A DNA stretch of 64,000 nucleotides from Eutreptiella sp. 'Long Island Sound 2002' (GCA_964036045.1 OZ038378.1:193812001-193876000), one strand, 5' to 3'; numbered from the stretch's first letter, positions 1-13,484 are shown. Notes: generated by a model not told the origin, from the letters alone. Made by a program: numbers and translations.

Positions 1-290
1 GCAGTTCTGTCCACACTGTTTGTGCGTCTGTGTATGTGTGTGTGTGTGTGTGTGCGTGTCAACATGATCAGTGTGTTCCTGTGTGTGTGTGTGTGTGTGT
101 GTTTATGGGTGCCATTGGCGAGGGAGATCCATATGCAGCGATGAGGAGCACGCATAGTAGGGTCACAGCACTGACACCACCTTATGGCCGAGGTTCCCCC
201 GTTGTGCGCCACGAGAGCCTCTGTGCTGTGCTATGATTACGCCACTTCAGAGCTCGCTCTCCTGTGCCTGGGCACAAAAAGCTGTCGTGG

Positions 291-366
291 TCATAAAGTG
301 CACTCTGCCTCCTCATCCAGCACCTTCTCGGGCACAGGGGCTGGGGGTACAATGGGGCAGAGTGAT
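291..366 (-). CDS. Possible terminal exon of the ARM gene (R|SLCPIVPPAPVPEKVLDEEAECTL*)
   Basis: Acceptor gcgcag| accepts phase 2 and closes the frame with TGA at 293-291. The polypyrimidine tract is weak, so this is tentative. Confidence 0.35.
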
Positions 367-3300
367 CTGCGCTCTGTGCTTAGGCACTGGGAGTGTACTT
401 GGCATGTGTGGCGCCCGGTTGACTATGCGGCCGCCTTTGGGACAAACTTGCAAAACACTGAATAAGATAATTGCTACAAAAAATTGAAAGAGGCATAGGG
501 TCACGCAACCCAAGTACGTCATTGCTAATATCGATATATATCTTGGGGGTCACCAATGAGGGGACAGAATCAAAATCAAAAGTGGCCACCGAATCCCCGC
601 TCTTGCTAAATGGCTACATAACCCCTGCCGTATTGGTGGTTCCCAATGTGGGAAGGGAATGAAAATGGCGACATGGGCGTTGTCTTCTCGGGGTCCCTGT
701 AGCTGGGCACAAGCACTATGGCTGCATAAGTGGCCAGTGTTGGCCGCTACAGAAATGCTCTCATGGGTGGTCCTTAAGGATGGTCCTTAATAAAAAGGAT
801 TCCTTAAGGACCCTCCTGCGCTTGGGCCTAAGACCATGAGTGGCTACTTGGGACACTTTGCAAGGATGGGCCTAAAGGGAAGGCTTGCGAGGCTTGGAGT
901 GGCCTATTGGCTTGTGACCACACACAACTAATCTACATAGCACTCCACCGCGTTGTACCAACAAAGAACACCATGGGAACGAGGAAAGAGGACAAAAGTA
1001 GGTGATTGCCACCTGCAGGGGCTTCGTGTCACGCAAGCTAAGAAGGGAAACAAGAATCGTGAGAGCCACTCCTAACACCCCCCCCCCCCCTCTCTCTCCC
1101 TCCCTCTCCCTCTACCTCTCAAGTCGGCAAAGCTGTCATGCCTTTGGCCCTAATATCTTGCATGTGCATTGCATTTCAGCATTCTCAATTAGGAGGGTAA
1201 TGGGTCATTGAATGGTTGGCACCCTTCCCATCCCCCTTTGCAATTACCGTGATCTTGCTAGTATCACTTCCATGCCACCAAAAGTTGATGAACTAGAGCT
1301 GCAATTATCGAGTAGATGTAGAGCTATCACCATTGCTAGAACCACTAGAGCCTCATGCAAGCCCTTGTGCTCCATGGCTACCATCTAATGGGTCAACCCT
1401 CCTTAATTGCCACTCCCAATAGGCTTTGTAGAATGATGTGTACTCCGTGCCACCAACCGTTTTGCCACTTTTAACAGCATCTGTGGCTTTGTCAACACAA
1501 CACATTTCGTGGCTCGTCCCTTTTTTGCTCATCCACTCGGTGTTGGGAGGTACTGTCGGATGGCAACGTGCCAAGTGGATCTTGATATTTTGAAACTGTA
1601 AGGTCGCATGGCGCCCGGAAATCGGAAATGGGCACATTTTCATGTCTATGTGTTGCCATGGTGGACAGCAGGCTTAGATGGGAATACAAATGGGCGTCTT
1701 ACGCAACCTTGTGATTAGGGCAAAGCAAATGGTCGACAAACATTGCCTCCTAGCTCAGACGGCAGGATTTCAATTGCCAACAACAACATGCTTATTGCGC
1801 TCGGAGAGGGGACGTTTAAGCGAACGATGAACGCCCAGCGTTGTTGAAGATCAGCATCGTCCATGCAACCCCTTGGGAGGGGGGCTCCCAACACACCTCA
1901 AAGCTGCCACGAAACCTGCAATATCAAGGGGGGGGGGCAGCAGAGCTGGGAGGAGCGGAAACCGCTGCACAACCCCTACGGTGACATTCATGTCTAGGAA
2001 GAAGGTTTTGGGCGCCTTTGGCGCCCCTGGCCAAGTCAGACCCTAGACCCAAGCCTAGCCTAGCCCTAAGACCTTTCGGAACTAACTGCGGCCACAGACT
2101 AGGGGCGGGGGGGATCGCGCCCGAGGATTCCTGGACTTTAGGGGTTGGGTGGCCCTCACAAAATTTGGACCCCTGGTGCACTCCAAAGGAATGTCCTTGG
2201 GACACCCTCACTCTGCTGCACATTGACGGCCTCTTCTGGGGTCTGATCTCACCTGGAGGTGCTGTGGATACAACGATACCTCTTTCTGCTGAGCTGTGTA
2301 AATCCTATGACCGTTGCTGCCATCCATGCCGTCGACAGCCACACTGTCCCCTTACAGACACGGGGGGGGGGGGTGCTACAAGAGGGAGCGGCAGCCGCTG
2401 TGCGCACGCGCCGCACAAAGCGGTCAGTACTTTCTGATCACCATGCCCTGAAATGTGCCGTGGAGGCTTGGTTGCTACGAATGTGACGGAAAGTGCGCCG
2501 GCCGTACGCACGCTGCTTGGCCCCCAGGAACCGCAGAGACTGGAAGGGTAGAGGTAGAGGTAGAGGTAGAGGAACTGGGCGATCACCCGGCTCCAGCGAA
2601 CTATTGTCGGTCCCTTCCGCGAGGACACCAAATGCCTAAGATACCCGAACGATTGTTACTAATGCCCCATTCGGGACTCAAACTCGGTACCTCCTGGTCG
2701 ACAGGGTGGCCCATGCATTGGGCTGGTCTCACTGTAGATCCTCACACGGTGAGGCATGGGCACTGCCTGGTCCATGCTCTCCCAAGCCAATGGCTGAGAG
2801 TCACAAGCCCCCTCTGGTAAGGGTCCCTTGCTCCCTCTTGGAGGACCGACCTGTCAGGGTGATCCACAGGCCATGGACCCCTCATGAGCATCCATGGGCT
2901 CCAGGCCATTCGGGACTCTGAGGGTCTCGTCAGCCGTCGTACGCCACCCCAGGCGTCCTGTGAGCCTAAGAATCGGCCACCAAATCCAAACCCAAATCCG
3001 CTTCTCCATATCCGCCTGCATGACCGCCGTGATGCAGTGCCAGTATTGTGCCCCTCCCATCCGAGTCAGATGGGCCTAGACAGGGGGCCTACACCACCAG
3101 GGCACACCACCCCCTGGGGAAGGTGCTATCTGCATGGGGCAGCCCTACCACTGCCAGACCAAGTGGAAGAAATAGGGGTTGCCGGTCATGGTCTCCAGGA
3201 GAGCCTAATTTCCGCAGGGCGGGGGGTGGGGGTCTCATGCACGCTCAGTTCGGTGTCCCCTGGGTACAAGTGGCCAGGAGCCCGGTGTCTTAGCTCACTG

Positions 3301-3735
3301 AACTGTGGCTGTGCATGAGTGGGACGTGCCCATGCCACAAGAGGACTTGTGGACCAGCAGGGCTGACCATCGGAGTGTCCTGAGTGGCCTGGAGCCTGTG
3401 GATGCTCAAGAGGCGTGTGTGGCCTGTGGCCCACCCTGACTGGTCAGTCCTCAGGGTCTGTCCATGGGCTTCACTGTCGCAAGAGGTCTTGTGGACTGGC
3501 AGGGTTTGACCCTCAGAGTCCCAAATGGAGGGCTCGTGAGGCACCTGGGGCCCGCCACTGCTGTAGCCACGGGCCACGGGCCACGTAGACGGGTGAAACG
3601 GGTGTACAGTGCAGTGTGCTGTACTCTCACAGCGGCTGTTAACAGGGGTGGTGTGCACAAGTAACCGCCGGGGTGGATGCGTTGCACAGAGGGACTGCTG
3701 AGCCATGTGACCCGGATATTGGAGGATGGGGCGAC

Positions 3736-3992
3736 CTGTTTGTGTCGTTCATGCTGAGAACACTCAGGGCCCAACAGGCGTAGAGCTGCACCCCAGGGCT
3801 CGTCGGGTGTTGCTCCGTTGCGCCGAGGATGACCTGGATGGCCCCAGCCTCGGCCAGTTTGACTCTGTTGTCCTCGTTGCCGGCAATGTTCCGGAGGGCG
3901 CAGCAGCCCTGCTCTTGGATGACCGCAAACCTCTTGTGCTGCTGCATTGCGCTCAGGATCACGGCCACGCCTCCACTGATGACTACTTTGAT
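3736..3992 (-). CDS. Armadillo-repeat protein, second exon
   Basis: Acceptor tctcag|ATC joins exon 1 in phase 0 (DDLK|IKVVISGGVAVILSAMQQH). Two more ARM repeats (IQEQGCCALRNIA, GAIQVILGATEQH...VQLYACWAL). Donor AACAG|gtcgcc at 3735, phase 2. Confidence 0.82.
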
Positions 3993-5536
3993 CTGAGACA
4001 CCAACGACGGTGCGATAACGCGCAGAGTGCGTGTTCAGGGGAGGGGCTGGGGTGTGTTGCACCGGGAGCCATCGGTGTGGGGGGGGGGGGGTGGGCGGGC
4101 GGGTCGCACGTCCAGCCCAAGGGGCGCCGTTTGGCCCCCCCTCCCTGCGCCCGCCTTCGGCCTGCTCCCTGGGGAAACGTGCCGCAGAAGGGGTGGAGGG
4201 GTCCGAGGAAGAGATGGGGGGACCTCCGCCCCCCCCCCCCCCCGATTCCTGTACTTCCTGGTCCGCCTGCTGATGCCCCCCTCTGCTGCCTGCAGCAAAA
4301 GGGCTGGAGCCCGGCGCGCCGCACGCGACGCGTGACGCACACGCCGCGGTGCGTGCAAAACCAGAGTGCGCGGCAGCCCCAAGAGCAAGCGCAGGCAGCC
4401 AGGCCTGAGGGTGACGGGCAGGGCGCCAGCGCCGACGGCGGCCGCTCTCCTACCGTCCAGACGTAAGGCATAGTACACGTGTGCTGATATCATACGGCCA
4501 CGCTAATCAAGACTGAATATAGGGACCGAGCTGGTGGGGGAGGGAACATCAGCTATGACTGGTGAGGGACATCAAGAATGATTCACACATTGATGGCTCT
4601 TGACACAGTGAAATCAGCTTGCAAGTGAACCCCATCACCACGAGGCCCACTTTCAAGGCTTTTTGGACTTCTGAGGGGCCAAAATGCCCCAAAATGGGCT
4701 CAAAATGGGCTCATTTCACCCGTTTGTGCACCCCAAATGGTCTAGGATGAGGTTTGGAAAAATGCGCTTTTGACCAATTTTTGACCCATTTTTGGTCCCA
4801 AATCAGCCCATTTTCAAGGCATTTGGGGATTTTCGAAGGACCAAAATGGGCCACCCCAAGCTCAAAACGGTCCAAAAACACTTGTTTTAGCATCGCACAT
4901 GGTCTAGGATCATTTTTGAGAAAAGTCATCTTTTTGCCCCTACTAGACCCTGTTGACCCATTTGGGCACCCATCTGTTTGGGCTTGAGCTTGTAGCTTGC
5001 TGCAGCCTAGTGGGCCTAGGTATTGGGGTCTATGCGTCCGTTTGAGCAATTCTGAGGGGTGGAAACCACAAAAAGTGGGGGGTTGCGGGTGGAGTAGGTG
5101 CCCTCGGAATCGCATTTTGAGCCATGTAGCCAAAGATATGGCCTATTCTTGGTTTGTGGCTGTCGGCATTTGGAGCTTCTAGGGGCCTTTTTGGGCCGTT
5201 TCCGGGACATATCATGGAGTTAGAGGGCCGCAAAGAGCTCGTTGACATGGGGAAGTCAAGCCGCACGTGCAATGTACCCACCGTTTTCCTTCGTTTGGCT
5301 GTTTTGAATGTGTTCCACGGCTTCTTTGGCCCAAAAATGGCTGTCTCTGGCCCTGAACTGCAGTTTTTGAAACTGGGGTCCGCCACTTGCGAATCCCGTT
5401 CCCGGCTGCCACCGTTGAGTTTCTTGCTCAAACTTTGTGTGATTGTACTTCACACCCATAGGTATCATCCACCAAAATTTCACACGAATTTGAAGCACCA
5501 CGACAGAGGTCTGATTTTTCCCCATTTCGCGCGTGC

Positions 5537-5537
<1 letters not shown>

Positions 5538-5575
<38 letters not shown>

Positions 5576-5577
5576 GC
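5538..5577. repeat. (GCTT)n microsatellite
   Basis: Read directly from the sequence. Confidence 0.85.
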
Positions 5578-6538
5578 TAAACTTGGTAGGTCCACCCTAG
5601 ACACTAAAAAGGGTTATAAAACCAAGACTGGTTCCACCAGCTTGGTGACCCTAAACCTAAACCCTGCTGCCTGCCCTTGCTGCCCCCCCCCCCCCCACCC
5701 TTCAGGTGTGGCCTGTGGCTGCCACCAATGCGCACGAAATTGCGCAAAGAATCCTGCGGGCGGGGGGGGGGGGAGGGCAAACCCTCCTGCAGCGTCCCGT
5801 CCCGATTCAAAACCCCAAGGCCATTAGGCTCCTCAACCGAAAACCCTCTGCGGGGGCGGGGGTCCGCTCTCCAGCCCACGCAGCTGGAAGAACACAAGGC
5901 CGAGGGGCGGTCCCCCCAGAGTTCGCGCAGGCGCAGGGGAAAGAAGGTACGCCAAAAGAGGGGATTTCTATGGCCAAAATGTACAAGAAGCCCTACAAAT
6001 TCGGAGTCCATGCAAGCTTCATTCAACCACAAATTTACAGGCACTTTTCTAGGTGGACACACATGCATGATTGGTGTCAAGATGCAATTGCTTACATTGA
6101 ATGTCACTAGGCTTTGCCAGCTTGCCCAGGTCTGAAAAAAAAAAAAGGTTGTTCCAACACGTCACACAGTGTGTGCGCGGTGCAAGTAATCCCCCCATGA
6201 GGGCCACCATACCACGCCCGTTGCAGTGCTGGGCCCTGCAGAACTGCCTGCACTGGCCATGGCAAAGCAGCAACCCGCGGGGCCGCCGAGGCCGCCGGAC
6301 GTGGCATCACTGCCGAGCGCACGGTTAACGGTACTCGAGAGAGCTCTCGGAATCAGGAATTAGAGCAGTCCAGTGCTACGATTGTCCCACAGCTCAGTGA
6401 GGTAGCAGACATGATACGTAGGCAGGGCAAGCTAAATCCGTGTTGGAACAAACTATGGGGAAAAGGTCATTCCTTGGTTCCTTGGTTACTCGATGCTCCC
6501 GTACTGCCCACACTCGGAGGCGGAGATGACGCCTACAT

Positions 6539-6691
6539 CCAGCCACTGTCTCCCTGACGGCAAGTGCCAACTTCAATGGCCCTTGTAACCGAAAGTAACC
6601 GCCCCCAACCGCTTTGGCAACTGCCTCCAACCGCCTATCTCACCGCTTCTGGGGCCACCTCTGAGGTCCCTTCCCTTCTAATGTATCCCTG
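6539..6691. mobile_element. Family-2 MITE, partial
   Basis: Core plus right TIR cccttctaatgtatccctg. Left TIR absent. Confidence 0.7.
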
Positions 6692-7196
6692 CGTGGGGGG
6701 ATGGGGGACCGGTGTGTGACAACATGCCCTGGGGAGTGTGGCGTGGTGTGGTACTGTGTGGTATTGCATGGTGGGGCGTGTTGTGGTGTGCCGTGGCATT
6801 GGTGCAGTGCACCGCGGTGCGGTACGGTGTGGTCGAGGGTATCTCCGGCTGTTGCAGTGGGGCTTGGGGGTGTTGACCCCCCGTTGAGGCGTAGCGTGTC
6901 AAAGGGACCCTGACCCTGCGCCGAGGTCTCCTCCTCCAAGGCCCTCCCATGGCCCGGTAGCAGTGCTGGCAGCGGGCACCGCCGGTGCCTCCCCCACTGC
7001 CACAAGGGAGGCTCCGAGGCTTGTGCAAGGAGCGTGCCCTGCCACAGTGCACGGACATTGGAGATGACGGGGGGGGGGGTTACAGGAAAAGAGGCTCAGG
7101 ACATCTCATTCCTCAATGGCAACCCTTTGGATTACGGCCCCACATGCAACACCGGCATGCCTGACCTCCAACCACCCTCACCACCGCCGGACCGAC

Positions 7197-7528
7197 CTTG
7201 AGGTCGTCACTGACAGTCAGAGCTTGCAGCGCTGCAATGCCCTGCTCCTGGACCCCTGCGGCTCCGTCATGCTGCTTCATGGCGTCCAGGATTGCGTGGA
7301 TCCCGCCGGCGTTCGCGACTTTGGTCTTAACCTCAGCATCGGCGGCGAAGCCTCGGAGGGCTGTGCAGCCGTGCTCTTGCGTGGCAGGCGAGGCCATGTG
7401 CTGTGCCATCTCCTTGACTACGTCCTCGATGGAGGCGCCCTCCACTGCAGTGGGGACTTGAGCAAATGCGGTGTCAGACATGTGGCGCAAAAGGGGTGTC
7501 TGATGGTTTGATGCCGCTTTGGCGAATG
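7197..7528 (-). CDS. Armadillo-repeat protein, first exon (likely ATG at 7481: MSDTAFAQVP...DDLK)
   Basis: Translation contains ARM-like repeats (QEHGCTALRGFA, GGIHAILDAMKQH, VQEQGIAALQAL). Polypyrimidine acceptor tctttttgtaacag ends at 7529. Donor AAG|gtcggt at 7196, phase 0. Confidence 0.8.
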
Positions 7529-9619
7529 CTGTTACAAAAAGACTGCAGAATTGAGAGCAGACGATCTTCTGTAGCCCCTGCAGAACCGGATGGGCCAGGC
7601 AGTCCTTAACACAAAACAAAAAAAGCGTCGGTGATGCATGCCTCACACCACAAACGCACACACACCGCCATTAGAGAAGGCACCCCAAGCACTACACACT
7701 GCAAAGCTTCAGAAACTCCATTACAGGGGGGTGGATAATTTCGTGCGGGGATTATTTTGCCAGGGAAAATTTGGAGGGGAAAATTTTGCCACCCTTGCAA
7801 ATCCCTTAGCTTACACTGCCTCACACACACAGATTTCGCCACGAGCAAATTTTGCCACCTTCCTTAAAGACAAAATTTACCCATGATTATCCCTACCACT
7901 CCTCGGATTGGTCGTCAAAATTCAGGAAATTGAGCAACTGGGCCGAAGTGGTGGGGCCATCCCTGCAACTCACTATATTTCAGTCTCCCATGCCCGCCTG
8001 ATTCAATATCGCTGACTGCAGTCTGCTCCCTTGCCACCCAGACAGGGGTAGCAATGCAACGGGGAAGAGGGCGCCATACACCAATGCAAGCGTCATAGCT
8101 ACTGAAGGAGAGGTAGCAATAAACATCTGATCCATGTTGTTCAATGAAGCAAACAAAGCACAATGCAATGCGAGATGCTCACTCTAACTCTGATTGTTGT
8201 TTTGAGGCAAACATAGCATAAACTCAGTCAGCCACTCCATATTGCCCCCCACAACCCTCTTGGAGCCTAGAACTGCAACAGGCGGTCCCTGATGCGTGAG
8301 CCTCACCACGGGTGGATCCGTTTGGTTTCCAATATCTGGGCGCTCACCTATAAAAGAGGTATGTTCCTGCAGCACTGAACTCGATGTTTTGTTCTTTGTG
8401 GTGGTTGGTGGTTCTTTGGGGTGTTCAGAGCTACACTCAGTTTGGAGCTACATTGAGGCCGGCCGAATCATGAGGTTTTTCCGGCTACTCAAGCCCCTCA
8501 AGCTGGGATCGACGCCACACACAATTCTCAAGTGCATCCACTTTAGCTCACTACTTGTTCCGCTTGGCCACATGGGATTGTGTGAGTATGAAGAGGACAT
8601 GTAAGTGTGGAAGAAGATGGATGAAGATGAGAATGTGGATGAAGAGGACAACTGTCTCGTGCGACACTTCTCGTTTTAATTCATCCCATTCGACGAACCA
8701 GAGTTGAGAGATAGACACCCCCTGTGGCGCGGAAGTCACACTGTGAGCCACCAAGGCAGACTTGATGGCGGTGCCGAAGAAGCCGGATACCCGAGGAAGA
8801 CCATGAAAAGTAACCTGAGAAGACTATTGTACACAATGGACATTGCACGCAGCAACATCCACCATTTTCAATTAGCTGGAATGTGCTGCATGAGGGGCTT
8901 CGCGGTGACTCAACTTCTCTGTTTGCCTTCATTTGCCTCAAATACAACGGAACACCCCAAGACACCAATGGGGAACACGCATGAGAGAGACGGACCTGGC
9001 AAAGACAAGATGGCAGTGTCATCAAACACAGGGCACCTTACGCTCAAGTGGCATCCCATTCCTACTGTATATTGTATTGTGAGTGGGTGTAGTGACAAGG
9101 GGCGCGATCCCAAAGACCCACCAAAGGAACCAACCCTCAAGCCGATGATACCCAAAAGGGTGTTCTATGGCGAGGGCGGCTCGGATGACATTTAGGGTCG
9201 TAACTAAAAATTCCGTTCCAGCCAGTTGGCCATCCAATTGCCATTTTGGCACTATTTGGGTATTTTGCGGAAAAGCCCCCAGCTTGACTCACAATTTCAA
9301 ATACCGTAGTCCGGGAGTGAAGCTAGAATGCGACCGTTACCCATCATAGTCGCGAGCGCCATCACCGTACGACGTAGACGGACTACTTACCACATCGATG
9401 TGGTTTCCCGCCCTCGTGTATGTATGGTTGGGTGTTTCACCATCTTCTAAAATCGCTTCTTGTTGTCTTTACCTCGCCCTTCTTGACCTGCTGTGACGGG
9501 GGGCGGGCGGGGTCAGCCCGGAAGCGGGGTGGGTCGGATCCCAACATATGGGTATTAAAATGATCAGCACAATGTCCCGAACACTAGGGGTGTAAAAATC
9601 TTTTTGCAAAAAACTTTTT

Positions 9620-10950
9620 GTACCCTACCAATGGGGCATCCAAAGCTGGATGGAAAGTGTTGGTGGTGGTGGTAACCGTTGTCTTCATGCTTTGCATGCA
9701 TATATGGATTGTCTATAGCACTTTGTGCATTTTGAGTCTCAACACATGGGGTGAAAAATAATTTGACCTCTCGATATAGGCTAAAAAAGACGGTAAGTTG
9801 GGACCTAGCATGGGTCTTGTCGCAGATGTCTCGTTCCCAGACCCCACCAACCCCTCCTTCTAGTGAAATACGTGATCCCCCTTGGGTGCAAGCCAATTTT
9901 CTCCATCCCATCGCGGCTGTAGGCATGGGCATCGGTGTTGTGGTCGCAGATCAAGTAGCTGCATGTGTTGTGTAGCGGTATGGTGATTCCTTGTTTTGAC
10001 CACCCGCTTGCTTGCATTGCTTGGACGCTGTTGGATCTCTAGCCTTGGAGGTGTAGATTTGCTTATGCGTGAATTTGGCAACATCAAATATTGGTGCTAG
10101 GCTTTGAGAAAGTGGCTTTGGTAGGGGGCCGTTGTGGGTATAGAGTTGTGGGCTACGAGTAGCAATTTTCACCTAGCTTTTGCTTTCTTGCCTTGCTTGG
10201 TCACTGGTGGACTTGTTCGCCCCCTATTTGTCCCTTGGTGACTCAATTGGACAACTGCCTTTAGCACTTGGTGACCATCAGTGGTCCCTTTTGTTTACAA
10301 GTGACAAGTTTGATATGCATGCACACCCACCCATGCCCTATCAATGAAGCCATTATGTCGCCTCCTTCATCACTGTTAGATTGCTGCTACTAGCGGCACA
10401 GGACTGTCGTCTCCTATGTAGACAGTGAGCCCAGTGTAGTCGATTCTCAATGTGGCACCACCACGATGGGTCGTCGTGGCCGTCAGAATCGTGTTGCAAG
10501 GTTCTTTCGTCCACTATGTTCCCATTCAAAACCCCGCGCATGTGGGCATGTGTGGCAATGTGGTCCGTTTATTCAGAGGAAAATCTACGGAAGGAAAAAC
10601 ACACGTACACAAACTGGGGAATCATTTTCCCCCTCCAAGCCCATTTTTCTGCCAAGGCCGAAATCTGTATGTATGGTCTTGTACCCTCAAATAAGCGCAC
10701 ACTCGTGCTGTAGTTGTGATCCAGCGGGCATGATGACCATGTGGTGCCTGCTTCAGTGGCTGTTGTGCACGTCCTTTCGCAAGAAATATGGACACTCTAG
10801 CTGCCTCGACACCATCGGTATCACAAATCGTCCACATCAGGAACATTGTGATGCGCACATCATGGAGGGTTAGCCGCATCTCAAGTGTGCAATCCACTTG
10901 CTTCAGCGCATAGTCTGTTCTGTCGAGTCTAGGACACAAGTTTCAGCAGT
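9620..10950 (-). pseudogene. Highly degraded LINE-like RT relic
   Basis: Frameshifted fragments YFLRKDVHN, IHTDFGLGRKMGLEGENDSP and LHPRGITYFTRRRGWWGLG resemble RT subdomains and the thumb, in the expected order. No intact YADD motif. Confidence 0.35.
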
Positions 10951-12087
10951 GGGTGAAATGCATCAAAACAGAAATATTTACAACCATTCATGTGTGGGAG
11001 ACGGAGCGACAGAAGCCCCCAAAACCCAGGGTTTTAGTGGGTCTATGTCCACCGACAGTCGCTCTACATATGGCCTGCAATGCCAGGCTGAGGGGATGAA
11101 ACAAATTGTGGAGTTTACCCACCAAAACCCGAGCCATTACCTTGACACACACACACACAGAGAGATGCACCCAGTGTCACACATACATACACACACACAC
11201 ATACACAACCAGGTATGCATCTTGCTGAAATGGCAAAGCAATGCTTCAAATGGGCTGCAAGCCAAACAGCGAGAATGGCGTGCCGACCAACTTAATGGAA
11301 GCACGTGCAGGCAAAGCTGCCTGCCGAGTATCTGCAAAAAACTGCAAACGGAGAGAAGCAAAGTTGACTTGCTTGGTAAACAGCAAAACCAAGAGATTTG
11401 GGGCGATACAAGAGGCAAAGAGGTGCAGACAGGAAGGCACATAATCAAAGGGTTATTACCAAGAATAACTAAAACGGGTGACAGGAAAGAACAGTGCTCA
11501 CAACGCCCTGGGACACAGCTGCACTCCGCCAGCCCCAAATCTTGAGAAACCGTCGATTGCAAAATGCCATTGATCACCTGGGGTCCTTCAACAGAGGACC
11601 CTTGTGTGCTATCCCGTGATCCACCGAGTTGCTGCCGCAGCTCACACACTGGCTGCGCACGGCCTCAAAGCCCATGCCACCCACTTTACGGAGCTCCACG
11701 CTTTGATCAGCGGCCCCCTCAGCTCATACCTGTGGGCACTGGTGAATACATCTGCAGAGCCGCAGGTAAGCACCGGACTCAGAGGTCTTATCTCTGTGTC
11801 AATGGGCTCACGCTGCCGTCACCCCGACGCGCCCCTTGAGCATGGACACCCGTGGCTGCACCCGCTTGTCCCACCCATGAAAATGCAGGCATCACACACA
11901 CACACACGCACGCACACACACACACACACACGTGCGCACGCATATCAAATCACTCGCACGAGAACTGTACATGTCGCATTCTGACAGAACACAAAATCCA
12001 TACCCTGCTCCCGCCACAGCCGTGTCCCAACGGCAAGAAGGTGGGCTCACTCAGGCACTCGGCATGGGACCTGTATGCATCAAGGAT

Positions 12088-12308
12088 GCATACAAGAACG
12101 GAATGATTTTTTTTGTGGTCCAGACCAAGGTGAGCTGGCGTACGCTGTTCATCATATGGTACTCGAGACAACGTCTCGGAATCAAGGTTCAGAGCTGTCT
12201 GGTGCTACGATGATCCCACAAATGACTGTGGTAGCGGATCTGACACGTAGTTAGGATTAGCTGAGTCTGAAACCAGGTTATGCAGTAGGAGCATACAAGA
12301 ACGGAATG
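12088..12308 (-). mobile_element. 185-bp retroposed insert (SINE or LINE 3' fragment) with 18-bp TSD and A-tail
   Basis: gcatacaagaacggaatg occurs at 12088-12105 and 12291-12308. T8 tract at 12107-12114. A diverged homologous segment lies at ~6331-6425. Confidence 0.65.
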
Positions 12309-12594
12309 TTTTGTCAAAGGTGCCCCCCCCACACGGTTTCAGCATAGAGAGATAGAGAGCGTGCCTGTGCCAAATTCCAGATGTCACACCACAGGGGCTG
12401 TTGTTGTATGGCACCCTTGCTGAGCCCTGAAGCACAACAGGTATAAACGCATTGGGTGGTGCAAATTTTCCGACCCTAAGGCCAAAATTTGGGTGCTGCT
12501 GGCGCCCAAATTGGCTGTTCCCTACAGCCACAAATTGGTGTGTGGGCGGGTTCCAGAGAGGGGGGGGGGGGGGCTGGGGTGTGCTGCTTGGTGC

Positions 12595-12790
12595 CCAATT
12601 TGTCTGTGAAGAAGATGATGCTTATGTCGCTGGGGATGGGCAGGCGGGCAATTTTGGTGGGGTGGTAGATGTAAACGGGGCTTCCCTGGGCGGTTCTGGT
12701 GGTGGTTTGCGTGGGCTGGAGCAACGGGGTTGCGTATACGCCTATCCTGTTGGTGATGATGGTGGGGGCTGGGGTCGGCCAGACACGTAA
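12595..12790 (-). pseudogene. Probable retroelement fragment running into an RNase H-like start
   Basis: RVWPTPAPTIITNR...SDISIIFFTDKLGTKQHT resembles the RNase H N-terminal FTD motif. Isolated fragment. Confidence 0.3.
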
Positions 12791-13454
12791 GCGCCACCCC
12801 CATGGCTGTGCTGCCCACATCCGGCTTGCAAATATGCAGCCATGACATAATTTTGTATGGAAGCATGACCTTGGAAATATTCCCTGGCCTGTTCTCCGCT
12901 CTCCTTGCCTGCACACACACACGATGTAACCGCAAACAAGAACAAAGCAAGAAAAGCGGTGGAAAGACTCCTCAGGGACAGCAGCGCTGTCATAGACGTC
13001 TTTCAGCTGTACGGGGAAATGAGGGCAGCGTAGCATGGCGGGGCAGCGTGCAATCCAGCAGGTTGGCCCGCGGCCCTGTGGAGCGAAGCAAATTACTGGC
13101 ACCACCCCTACAGCAGTTCTGCACCCCGGGCCCCGGTCAGCGCAAGTTATCTACAGGAGTTCCGTGTTCATGCCAACCAACAAAGCAAAGCAGGGAAAGG
13201 GAACTGAAGTCAGCCGTATTGGGTGCCACCCCCCAATCATACACACACAACCCCCCAATCACACACACACAGGCCCCGGTGGTGCTGGGCTGAAGGAAAG
13301 CTGCTGCAGCAGGGCAAAATCAGGGGACCAGGGGGCTGTGTATGCTTCGGGTCTGACGTGGGGTGGGATCTCCTGGTCTGTGTGCATATCCCAGACGGCG
13401 TGGGCTCGCAGCCAGCGGGCCAGTTTTGAACCACAAGGTGTCGCGGTGCTGCAT

Positions 13455-13484
13455 GCACACACACACACACACACACACCCGCAC

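Noticed and set aside
291-305. C-terminal ECTL as a CaaX prenylation signal
   Set aside because: Cys is at position -3, not -4, and the exon itself is tentative.
1353-1700. C2H2-like CPFPISGRH...KIHLARCH
   Set aside because: The second Cys is missing and the surroundings are full of stops. At most an unidentifiable relic.
7900-9300. AT-richer pseudo-coding block with 60-160 aa ORFs
   Set aside because: No identifiable motif. Probably an ancient transposon relic, but it cannot be classified.
12130-12160. C/D snoRNA-like ATGATGA on the minus strand of the insert
   Set aside because: No proper CTGA box D and no terminal stem.
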